Assembly: GCF_964204645.1 (NCBI RefSeq)
Contig: NC_134031.1
Span: 7,936,001-8,000,000, forward strand
Length of the DNA stretch: 64,000 nt
Source of the DNA: Tubulanus polymorphus
Lineage: Eukaryota; Animalia; Nemertea
Direction of reading: 5' to 3'
The position numbers were made by a program, and so were the translations under genes. A model generated the notes under the pieces. It had not been told where the DNA came from. It saw only the letters and a program-made list of their open reading frames with translations, and ran no database searches. Positions 1 through 11,582 of the stretch are shown one piece after another; the first letter of the stretch is position 1, and every line of letters starts with the position of its first letter.

Positions 1-436
1 AAAGTTACTTGCTCAAGACAGCCTCCCTTGGCAGGGATTCAAACTTGATGGTATCGAGACTCGCCACGTTACAAAACCCTGGCACACTTGCCAGAGTGCT
101 ACATGCACAGCTTAGATGATGTCATTATTAGCCAATCAGAAATCCCATTTTATTTTAGCCTATAGGTTTTTCCATCTATAGATTATCCATGAAATTTGAC
201 TCAACAATTATTCAAACGACAATCTTATTGGTGCCACAAGTTTTCTTGCAGCTGTCCTGAATACCTGCCGAGGTAAGATGGCCCATAGGCAAAGGAGAGA
301 TTTCATACATACTTAATATATGAATGATCCTTTTCATCTATCACAACGAAAGAAAATGATCTGAAGAATCGCAGAATTGCTGGAACAACAGTACACGCAT
401 ATATTATCTTGCTGCTTTCGGACAACTAAGTTTTAC

Positions 437-527
437 CTGCGCGATGCCAACAACTCTTAGCGGGACACCTTTTGATGTATACACGGTGTCCGTATCAATT
501 TGTAGAGTCATCGTATTCAGTGAAAGC
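437..527 (-). CDS. FLOT1: Flotillin-1 exon 3b (91 nt, homologous alternative exon)
   Basis: Acceptor TTGTAG, donor GTAAAA; encodes [30 protein letters not shown]. Same length and phases as exon 3a. Confidence 0.88.
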
Positions 528-3500
528 CTACAATTTTCAATATCAAATAACTTTTCGTGACAGAAATAAATAATAACTGTTGACACCACAATTGACAAAT
601 ACAATTGTTGCGAAAACGCTCACCAAGATCATTTTCAATGAAGAAACTTAATTAGAATCAATGTGGACACCGTACACATGAATTTTCCATGAAGATACGG
701 AAATTCAAGGATCCAACTTATCATTATCAAAAGATATCTGTAAGGGGCTATCTAAGTCATCCAGGCTTGACAGGATGAGAAAATTCTGAATTTTTGTGGA
801 TAAGCAGTTGCTCTCATGTGGACATCCAGACGACAGGGGTGGCATGATCTAGGCTAAAGGCCTATGCCAAATCGGAATATTTTATGGAAAAAACGGTATG
901 ATATATATTAACAGAATATTCTATCGGATGCACGTGTTATAAACGTGTATTGACTCCAGTCATTAGTGAATTTGACAGTATTTACAGGGCTTTCTGCTGA
1001 TATAGTCAGCAATACTGGGGTCAATAAGTCTGGCATCGTGTAGATAAAATGAAATTGATGCCACATATATATGTGGATGCACCGTTCAGCCCACCGAAAG
1101 TGACAAGTATGCCACGCAATTTTGTTATCAGCACCAACAATGCAAGCGACAAATACGCTTGGAAATTAAATCAGTGTACTTTACAACCAAAACACTATTC
1201 ATCGTGAATGATATTGTAAACTAGGGGTCCAGGGACACCATGCCCACTTGGGAAGTGGTTTCAAATGCTCAACAATCTAACAATTTCAATATTCAAGGCC
1301 CCTGGTGTCCATATACAAAAACCAATGACTTTGAAACCCACCACAATCATAGAACATGTCAGCAGCTACGATTTTGTAATTGACTGTGATAACAAAATAT
1401 GCCTCGTCACCAATCTAATATGGAAATACTAAGTTACTTGACTATTCAACACCCCCAGGTGACCATATGCAAAACCCAAAGCACAATCAAACCAAAGAAA
1501 CCACAATCATAGACCATGTCATGAACTACAACTTTGCAATTTATCATGGTAACAATCTAATAAGGAAATACTAAGTTATTCTACTATTTAACGCCCCCTG
1601 GTGACCGTATAGAATAAATAATGTACTTAAAACTCACCACAATCATAGACGATGTCATGAGCTACAACTTTGCAATTGATTGTGGTAACAAAATATGCAT
1701 AAGTACGAATATAACATAGAAATACGAAGTTATTGTATTATACAAAAACCAATGACCTTGAAACTCATCAAAATCATAGACCACGTTATGGGCTACAACT
1801 TTCAAATTGATTATGGTAACACAATATGCTTAGGTATCAAAATAATGTGGAAGACCTTTTTCCCACTTACGAATGAGTAGTGATGACACCAAGATGGCCA
1901 CCATTTGCGTCATAATTGGCAGATCAAAAATAACAGGTCTCAGGTATAAAACATCCCTTTCCAAAGAATACCCATCACAAATTGCAATGAGAAATGGCAA
2001 ACCAGTAGGAAGCTACAGGACCCAGAATTCAGGCCAAAATTGACATATTTGGGCACAAAAAAGGTCACAGGACAGCCATCTTCGGTCCGATCGACCCAAT
2101 TTTTCTCATGCTGATGGGCCCTTGGGGGTACAAATATATACGAAAGATCAAGGTTATTGATCGAAGCATCCTCAAAATTTCCCTCAAAAAGTTCAAAAAT
2201 ATGTAAAAAGTGGATTTTGGCGAACAATGGCTGCCAGTCGGCCATCTTGAATCTGAGAGGGCCAGTTTTTGGTGTAACCCAAATATCAAGACATTACCTT
2301 GAAGCGTCTTCCCAAAATAACTGGATTCCGTCTACGGATGGATGGATGGACGGATGACGGACGAAAAGTGAAAGCAATAGCCCGCTGGGCCCTAAGTCCC
2401 AAGTGGGCTAAAAAACCGATAAATGTTAAGAATATTTTCTGGTACTAGGTGACAAAGGTGAAAATTGCTAGGTAGCAGTGAAATTTTCAAATAATTTTGG
2501 TGTTTCGAGAATTAGTTAGATGATTTTATGCAATAAAGCAGACAAAACAAAATATGCAGTGGGAAGCAATGTCCTCAAGCAAAAAATGAATTTCAACAAA
2601 ATAGTTCCCATGTGAACAGTCCCTTACCAAACACAGTAATTACATCACGTGATTTGCAATACAAGTACATTTATATAATTGTAGTCATGAGGAAGGTTCA
2701 GTAATAATAGAAATGAATTAAAATTCAGTTTTTAATACAGAAAGAAGATAAATTAGTCATCCATAAATTTTTAACCAGAAAACTCTTTATCAGGCATCTA
2801 GAATATTAACACGATTTCAGTTAGGCCTAATGATGGATTTCCTATATCACCAACCAATGTGTCTTTTCATTCCAGAATCCTATAACTTCAACAGCTTGAA
2901 ATTTCTGTTTTAGAGTACTTGTGAAGATATTGGTCATCCATTTCAATGGTGAAATCAAAAACAAGTCCAATAAGAACTAGGTATCATACAAATCGTATTT
3001 TAAATGACTAGCAAATATATTTGCACCCAAATTTGCGCAAGAAAGATTCTAGAAACCAAATGTAGTGGAATGTTGTTCGCAAATTTAGATGAGAATCTTT
3101 GATTTGAAGGTACAAACGTTTCAGAACTACTCAAGGAAAGGACCATCAATTATTAAATTTATGACATGAGAATGTCGTTGATTGGAATGGGCTAGGTTGT
3201 GTATGTGGACTAACTGCAACCGGCCTAAAAATCTTGAGGTAAAATATTAGAGATCCACCAGTAGATGAAATTTGCGAAGGCCTTTTCTTTAATAACTTGT
3301 ATAACGAGTCTATCAATATAAACATTTCAACAAAAAAAAAACACTTTTCCCTCCCCTTGGAGATGTGTTCAAAATCTGTCATCTAAGTTGAAAAGGTTGA
3401 AGAAATATGTTTTTTCCCTTAAACCCTTGAAACGTGGCGGTAAAAAATCATCATCCAAGTTATAAAGAAAAAAGCTGTAATGGTTATATACGGTATACAC

Positions 3501-6500
3501 GTAGCACATGAACTAAACAAGAGACGGTACATAATGCAACCATAATGCGATATTGCAGTAATATTGTATCATTAGTGGTTACTAATGGTTACCTGTGCTA
3601 TGCCTGTGACAGAGATAGGCACACCAAGACTGGTGTATACATTATCGCTTTGAATTCGTAAAGTCATTGTATTCAACGAAATCCTGGAAATTATCATAAT
3701 CAATAATCGTCATTTTTTGTTGTTTTTGCATTCAAATTTCTAATACAGTCTACCTCGGATGTAACAGTCGGGACCAGATAATTTCTACGTTATAACCGAA
3801 ATACGGTATACGTATATACCGTAGAAACTTCGTTATATCCGAATGTCATTTAAAACCATGCATGCCTATGGTGTGCATAAAAAGACTTCAATGTGTTGAA
3901 TAAACGGAGAAGAAATAATAATTATTTGCCTCCTTAAGTAATATCATACTTCTCTTGATAACTAATCACGTTTCTTTTAGAAGGCATCGTGCTGCTTTAA
4001 AACACGGGCTATGATATGCCTCTACATGTATGTAAGTGCTGTCACAGAAAGTTTTATGTTTCAATTTGTTACGTAGAGCGACATGCATATGCAAACAATT
4101 TTTCAAGTGGTCTACTCAGTTTTCAAGCTAGTGTTGGCCCAAAAAAAATATGGAAACATAAGACAAAAAGTTGGCAATCATCTTAATTTGATCAGAATTT
4201 TTACATTTGAGCAGCTCCACATAATGTCTCACGGCATCGAGTCAACAAATAAAATCCAGGACATATCGCCATCTATCGGCAATATCTTGCCGTGTATAAA
4301 CATGAAAATGGCACCAAAAATTTTTAAAAACCAATCAAGTTTCTGCAAAAATTAAGTAGAATCTGGCTATAAATGTCTTCATTCGCTTAAAACTGAAAAT
4401 AAGTTATAAAATCTTCTAGGAGTCATCAAATGAGATGATTTTTTTGTTGAACTACATCGGCCTAGCATAGGAGGAAAGTTTTTGATATGATATTTCTTAC
4501 CTCTGAAGACTTTGAATTCCGGGTAAAACGAAAACCCGACCACCGGGGATCAACAATGGTTTATTGTGACAACACCCTAAAAGAAAATAACATTGTAGGC
4601 TACTTGCTGGGATGATGGAAAGTCTTTGTCATTTCTCTTATCAGACTTTAGTCAACTCTTAAGCTAAGCATAGGTTTTTAAGCTTTACGGCCTGTTAATC
4701 TCGTCGGAACGGTCTGCAATTTTTTCATTGGGAACCTTTTCGACATGAGTTTACTTACGACCGCGCCGGATTGATCGCAGACCAATCGTATGCTGGATCG
4801 CAAGGATATAAAAATTTCTAGAAATCTATTTCTACCACCTGATCACGTCGTGGCCAATCAACAACAAGTTACACATCACATGACCTTTAAACCTGACGAT
4901 AATCAAGTCATAGTCAACCTGAGTGATCTTATTAAGTGGATATTATGCCACATCATAGCACAGGGGTTTGGCGATGGGCTTGGATTTTATTTCCGGGTTG
5001 TTGATAATCTCGCGAGAATGGCGCTAAATATGAACTGCGAATAAATTCAAAATATCACGGAAATACCTTGTGTTTATATTGTTTATTTATCCGCTATAAA
5101 GTTCTGATAAACAATTGTTCGTTAAGGATCATTACCAGACGGTCGTCACGCTTTACTATATAAAATCACAAGGGATGAAACGCAGTTCAAGTCGTGCCAG
5201 CCAGAAAGTTGGGACAGTCACGTGACTTAACGCTTCTTATTTGACTGAACGCGAACCTGAAGCATATAAGATGGAAACTATGATACGAAAAATGTTTGAG
5301 AATAACTTACATTCAAATGCATTTTTTGACTATGAATTATATATTTCATCATAATTTATTCTTTATAAGTTATTTATTTCATATGAATCATAATCTGACA
5401 ATTGATATCGGTCTGTGAATATGTTAACTTTTCGTGTTGAAGTTTTAAATGCGATGACATCATCAGAATGTCACGTGACTGTCCCAACTTTCTGGCTGAA
5501 AATTTAAGTACAGCGGAGGCCTGGCGTTTCATCCCTTGTGATTTTATATAGTAAAGCGTGACGACCGTCTGATAATGATCCTTAACGACCAATTGTTTAT
5601 CAGAACTTTATAGCGGATAAATAAACAATATAAACACAAGGTATTTCCGTGATATTTTGAATTTATTCGCAGTTCATATTTAGCGCCATTCTCGCGAGAT
5701 TATCAACAACCCGGAAATAAAATCCAAGCCCATCGCCAAACCCCTGTGCATCATAGTGTATAATCATCGTAAACGTTATTATGCAGCTGTTTATCCACTT
5801 CCTATAATTTTCTATGTCAACTAAGATATTCATTATTTCTTTATAAGTGTAGTTATCCCAGCTTGGCAGAAGTTTATGAGAGAAATAACTTGAACTTGAA
5901 CTTTGAAAATATCTGCAGTAGGGCAATTGGCCATGGCAATCAAAAATTGCTTCCAACGCACCTGCATTGTAACGAAGGTAGATCAGGGCCTAACCATAGA
6001 ACTATAAGCAAAAGGGAAAGCTGACTCCGTGATGTCACTATACATTTGCCTTTGCTATCTGCGAAATTGATCAGCGCCCGACCGGAGGTGATAAACAATA
6101 GATTCTCAGAAATGTTTTGAAGATACTTTCTCTGCGAGCATTCGGGCCTACTGTTTTTCAAGATTTCGTATCAAACTAATCAATGAAAAACGCTTAATTA
6201 AGAATGGAGACCGGCAACCGGTCTAAAACATCTATTGTTTATCGCTACCGGTGAGGGCGCTGAACGAACTAGGGGTCCAGGGACACCATGCCCACTTGGA
6301 AAGGCTTTCAAATGCTCAACAATCTAACAAATTCAATATTCAACACCCCTGGTGACCATATACAAAAATCAATGACCTTGAAACTCATCACAATCATAGA
6401 ACATGACAGCAGCTACAATTTTGCAATTGAATGTGGTAACAATATATGCCTCGGTACCAATATAATATGGAAATACTAAGTTATTCTGCTATTCAACGCC

Positions 6501-9500
6501 CAACAACCCCCCGGTGACCATACAGAATAACTAATGACTTGAAACTCACCACAATTATAGACCATGTCATTAGCTACAACTTTCCAATTGATTGTGATAA
6601 CAAAATATGCATATGTACAAATATAATATCGAAATAGTAAGTTAACGTATTATTCAACACCCCCTGGTGGCCATATACAACTAGGGGTCCAGGGACACCA
6701 TGCCAAATTGGGAAGTGGTTTCAAATGCTCAACAATCTAACGATTTCAATATTCAACACCCTGGGTGACCATATACAAAAAACAATGACCTTGAAACTCA
6801 CCACAATCTTAGAATATGTCAGCAGCTATGATAACAAAATATGCTTCGTTACCAATTTAATAAGGAAATACTAAGTTATTCTACTATTCAACGCCCCCTG
6901 GTGACCATATGCAAAACCCAATGACCTTGAAACCCACCACAATCATAGAACATGTCATGAACTACAACTTTCCAATTGATTGTGGTAACAAAATATATAC
7001 AAAATATGCATAGGTACAAATATAATATAGAAATCCTTGAAATTCAAAATTACCCTCAAAAACTTCAAAAAAGTGTAAAAAGTGCTGATTTTGGCGAACA
7101 ACAATGGCTGCCAGTCGGCCATCTTGAATCTGAGAGGGCCAGTTTTTGGGCTGAAGATGTGTCTGGGGTAGATACATGTATAAACCAAATATCAAGACAT
7201 TACCTTGAAGCGTCTCCAAAACTTCCCAAAATAACTGGATTCCGTCTATGGACGGATGACGGACGAAAAGTGAACGCATTAGCCCGCTGGGACTACTGTC
7301 TGTCACACCTGCTCTCCGTGCGACGGTTTGGTCCGTAATCTCGTTAATAATTGGTTTATCTGCAAATATCATGCATCAATTTGTTCAGTAAGGAATTTGC
7401 ATTCAGAAATAAATCATGAACTGGCATAGCTTTGTTTGTGTTTTCATCTATCAGCGATGGTTTACCTAGCATACGCTCGCGTAATGCTGAAAAACGGCTT
7501 TTATGGCCTGTCACGTGGCGCCACCTACTGTATTTTGATATGCTAATGAGCAGGTGATGATGTCCCTGTAACGTTTCCTAGCATCCCTGGAGTGGATTTT
7601 TCAGCATTACGCGAGCGTATTCTGAGTAAACTATCGCTTATAAATGACTAGAAAGAATTTTTAAAAGAGGACGTTCGTTTGTGAAACGCATGTAGACCCA
7701 GACACCTCCCACATTGATTGGAAAATTTGAATACCAGCTATTCAAGTTTCATCCTACTGCGTAATTCAAAAATTATTCTTTGGGATTCAAAAATTGAGGA
7801 ATCAACCATAAATTCTGCCATAAGTTTTACATTTATTCAAAAAATTGAGTAGGAGGCCGGTGAAGGTTTTAACATTTTAAGTTAGTTCTCATGAGACTGG
7901 ATGCAAGTGGATTTATGGGTTGGACTAGTCCTACCCTTCAGAATTTGAATGTGCCCGCCAAAAAGTATTTGAATAGATTTTCTAAGCAAAAATAAATCCA
8001 AATGGCATAAAATACCCCTTTTGGTCCTATATATTCGGAGGGCCAAAGGAACCCCACCAATGTTTGCATTGCACTTAGATAACCATAAAATAAAAGTAGT
8101 CAGGAAGTATTAATGGCAAGAAAACTTGAGTAAAATATTTATTAAACACAGTTTATAACAGGATATGATCTGTAGTCAAATGTGTGTCTGCCAGATGTTT
8201 CTTCTAGGCTGTTTATATCCTAAAAATAAAAAAAAAACAAAAACAACAACAATAGATATTTCAATACATGTCCCCTGGACAAGAATTATTTGAGAGAGAG
8301 TCTATAAAACGTGAATACTTGATTGTACAATCTAATGGCATAGCAGTTGGCTCCAGTTGAAAAATCATTGGACAAAACAAAAAATCAAAAAAGTTTTGGC
8401 ACCAAAAAATCTAATTTGTTGCCAGGTTTGTTTACACATGTGCGCGATGCACGTGGTTATATTATTGTTTACATCTGACGTCATCGGCAGATCGCAAGCC
8501 CCGCCCCACGTGTCAATCAAATGGCTTAAAGGCCAATTGTTAAAAGAACCCTACTAAAAAACTATGCAGTGTAACAATCCGGGATTTTCGGTACAGAATC
8601 CGATGCCAAATACCTTTCTCTTAAAGGTTTTTTGGTGTAAATAGTGTAAATCGGATAAATAATAATTATGATATTCACTTCATAAAACTTGAAGTGGATT
8701 GCTTCTGATTCATGGCGGCTGTATTTAGTCACGTAGGTCAAACTGACAGCATGTGTGTGCGAGTCTAGCGGACCATTGCGTAATTTTAAATGCTGCAAAT
8801 GTCTCTAGATTGTCACAGGGCCTCTGTGCGCTCACAAGGAACTAAGTTAAGTCACCATATATGTTGACACTCACCTTTAAAGAGACTTCGTACGGTCCTC
8901 TAAAGTTAACATCCACGATACAACGATTTTAAAAATGGCACTTCTGTCGATCACTATACCCTCTACGTCATAAGCAACACGTGATGTGTGATGTAACATA
9001 AACGGCGTGAAGAGCATTTTTTCAAGAGGGCACAGCAAAAACTAACCAACTATTTTTAACCAAATTCAATCCCAACTTGAAGACACCATTTCTGATGCGG
9101 AATTTGAGGAAATCTCTAACTAACTGGCTTTAAAACGACCTTAAACGTCTGTCAAACAAATCGGAAGTGCGTCATCAACCGGCAAACCGATCACATAAGG
9201 ACTTTCGTCTAACGAACGTCCTAAAAATTGTTGTTTATTTCTGAATGCAAATTCCTCACTGAACAAATCGATGCGTAATAAAGGTAGATACACCAATTAT
9301 TAACTAAGTGGCTATTCTTACGTTGCCCTTAAGAATTAACTTCTGGCTATATTTACGTCCGTTCCTACGGAACTACGATCTGTACGCTAATAACTGACGC
9401 GCATGCGTACAGAGGTGCGCGACTTAGAAAATTCAAGGAAAGTGTGGAGAATAGAGTTAGAGAAAAAAAGAGCGGATCGAGCGAGACTTCAACCCGGGCC

Positions 9501-11582
9501 AGTAAGTTATTAGCGCAGCATCATACCACTAGACCACTGAGAGTCAGCCGAATGTTTTAACTATAGCCTCAACTTACCCTAGTCTGAATACCAGTCGTTG
9601 TTCCGTACAACGTCTGACGCTAAAGTATCATATAGAGGTTAACTCCTGTTAATTGCAATGCAACAACTGATTTTAGTGTCAAATCAAACCTTTGTACTTA
9701 AATAAATAAATTAGTTACCTTGTTGACTTTGAAAACGTGTTTAATAATAATATTTTTGATGATTTAAATCGCGAACCGGAGAATTTATTGATTTGATTTG
9801 ATTGCCACTATCGGGATTTCCAATACAGACTAAATTAATAAAATTTGAAAATTCAATATATCTCTCTAAAATTACTCTAAATATTATTTTTTGTTGATAA
9901 AACGCATAAATTTTGGTCAATTTTAACCTTAATAATTTGAAACAAGAATAAAATCTGCATTGGCACCAAGTTTAAGTTCGTTTACTGTTTTTTGAGGCGA
10001 CTAGTCAAAAGCTTTGAGCTACTACGATCGTCAAAAGCTACTTAGGATTACAAATTTATGCACAAACAATAGTTAACTTCCATCTGATTACAGAACAGTC
10101 AGTTAGAGGTAAGTTGATGGTGTTTTAAGGGGTGAAATAGACGCTCAAAGCCTCGTCCCTCAAAATGAGGGACGAAAATTAATCTTATATGAGCACTTTC
10201 GCCCTACTGTCTGTCACACCTGCTCTCCGTGCGACGTTTTTGTCCGTAATTTCGTTAATAATCGGTTTATCTACCTTTATTACGCATCAATTTGTTCAGT
10301 GAGGAATTTGCATTCAGAAATAAACAACAATTTTCACTTAAGTTGTTTTTGTTTTCATTTATGAGCGATAGTTTACTCAGCATACGCTTGCGTAATGCTG
10401 AAAAATCTGCTCCGCGGACGCTCGGAAACGTTATAGTGACGTCATCACCTGCTCATTAGCATATCAAAATGCAGTAGGTGGCGCCACGTGACGGGCCATA
10501 AAAGCCGTTTTTCAGCATGCTAGGTAAACTATCGCTGGAAGAAGAAAACACAAACAAATTTCTGCTAGATCATGATTTATTTCTGAATGCAAATTCCTTA
10601 CTGAACAAATTGATGCATAATATTTACAGATCAACGATTATTAACGAAATTGCGGACCAAAACGTCGCACGAAGAGCATGTGTGACAGACAGTAGACGTT
10701 GTTTCAGGAACAACGGCTAGGTACTAATGTCTATTTATTAATTGATGAGACCTGTTTTTCTGGGATATTTTGCTTACTTTTTGGGGTACATACCTCATTT
10801 ATGTCTTAACAGAATGCCAAAAATCGCGGACAACAACTGAATATCCGATATATTTCCAGTTCTGTACCAATTAGATGGATTGGCAAAAAGACTCCTTAAG
10901 TCCAGTTGAATGAGAGAGAAAATCCTCCATTTTGTCAAATTTCTTGAATTTTTACATTGTCACCATGCCTACGAAATGAAGTTATTTTTCTTGTGGGGTC
11001 TCAACAACTAAATCAGGGTGGCGTAGGCATGGTAACAATGTTCAAATCCAAGAAATTTGACAAAATGGAGGATTTTCTCTCTCATTCAACTGGACTTAAG
11101 GAGTCTTTTTGCCAAGCCATCTAATTGGTACAGAACTGGAAATATATCGGATATTCAGTTGTTGTCCGCGATTTTTGGCATTCTGTTAAGACATAAATGA
11201 GGTATGTACCCCAAAAAGTAAGCAAAATATCCCAGAAAAACAGGTCTCATCCATTAATAAATAGACATTAGACTAAACTTACCCTAACCCTATCCCTTCC
11301 TGGACGTAAATATAGCCGGAAGTTAATTCTTACGGGCGACGTAAAAATAGCCACTTTTTGAATTAGCCTATTAACGAAATTACTGACCAAAACGTCCCAA
11401 GTGAGCTAAAAAGGCCAAGAAGAAAAATGAAGAACATATCAACCCGATCACACACAGCAGGGCCAGTTAATTTTTCCCCCGAACCTGGTTGTACACACCC
11501 TTTCTTCGGCGTTTGGACTTAATAATCTTTTACCTGAAACAACCATAGCTTCATTTGGACCACAAGTCTGAAAGAACGCCAT
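437..11582 (-). CDS. FLOT1: Flotillin-1 (SPFH domain), 5' part; the gene continues past the left edge of the window
   Basis: GT-AG exons: 11582-11534 ([17 protein letters not shown]), 4576-4501 ([25 protein letters not shown]), 3683-3593 ([30 protein letters not shown]) and an alternative 527-437. Phases (1,2,0) are compatible and the peptide matches the flotillin-1 N-terminus ([14 protein letters not shown]...GGRVFV...ISLNTLTL...[11 protein letters not shown]). Confidence 0.93.
1219..2416. mobile_element. Helentron-associated (HINE/DINE-1-like) non-autonomous element with an internal ~150-bp tandem array
   Basis: Head ACTAGGGGTCCAGGGACACCATGCCC, then several diverged ~130-150 bp units (CCCCTGGTGACCATATACAAAA...AAATACTAAGTTA), a (GATG/GACG)n microsatellite, a terminal hairpin TAGCCCGCTGGG...CCCAAGTGGGCTA and an A-run. 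A second copy starts at 6267. Confidence 0.7.
3593..3683 (-). CDS. FLOT1: Flotillin-1 exon 3a (91 nt)
   Basis: Acceptor TTTCCAG, donor GTAACC; encodes [30 protein letters not shown]. Confidence 0.9.
4501..4576 (-). CDS. FLOT1: Flotillin-1 coding exon 2 (76 nt)
   Basis: Acceptor TTTTCTTTTAG, donor GTAAGA; encodes [26 protein letters not shown]. Confidence 0.92.
4959..5748. mobile_element. MITE with long TIRs and an 8-bp TSD (P-element-like CANRG termini)
   Basis: Termini CACAGGGGTTTGGCG...CGCCAAACCCCTGTG, inverted arms of about 270-300 bp, flanked by the direct repeat CATCATAG (4951-4958 and 5749-5756). Confidence 0.88.
6267..7291. mobile_element. Second HINE-like satellite-bearing element (head duplicated at ~6680, 3' end truncated by a MITE)
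   Basis: Same head, same ~150-bp units and same GGACGGATGACGGACGAAAAGTGA...TAGCCCGCTGGG tail as 1219-2416. Confidence 0.72.
7293..11400. mobile_element. Cluster of nested palindromic MITEs in flotillin intron 1
   Basis: An intact TIR element at 10204-10695 (CTACTGTCTGTCACAC...GTGTGACAGACAGTAG) and a fragmented opposite-orientation copy at 7293-7650, ~9225-9304 and ~11370-11397. There is also an inverted pair at ~9308-9360/~11300-11354 and a long hairpin at 10724-11271. Confidence 0.75.
10724..11271. repeat. Near-perfect ~550-bp hairpin (foldback MITE)
   Basis: CTAATGTCTATTTATTAAT...CCATGCCTACG (to ~10973) is the reverse complement of CGTAGGCATGG...ATAGACATTAG (from ~11021); the loop is about 48 nt. 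Confidence 0.88.
11534..11582 (-). CDS. FLOT1: Flotillin-1 coding exon 1
   Basis: ATG at 11582, peptide [17 protein letters not shown], donor GTAAAA. Confidence 0.92.

Noticed and set aside
4790-5956. Two ORFs ending in the identical peptide [28 protein letters not shown]
   Set aside because: An artefact of reading into the two inverted arms of the same MITE.
8170-8235. Strong-looking - strand acceptor (TTTTTATTTTTAG) in flotillin intron 1, a possible extra or poison exon
   Set aside because: The in-phase reading hits a stop after about 14 codons, shows no flotillin similarity, and I found no convincing donor.
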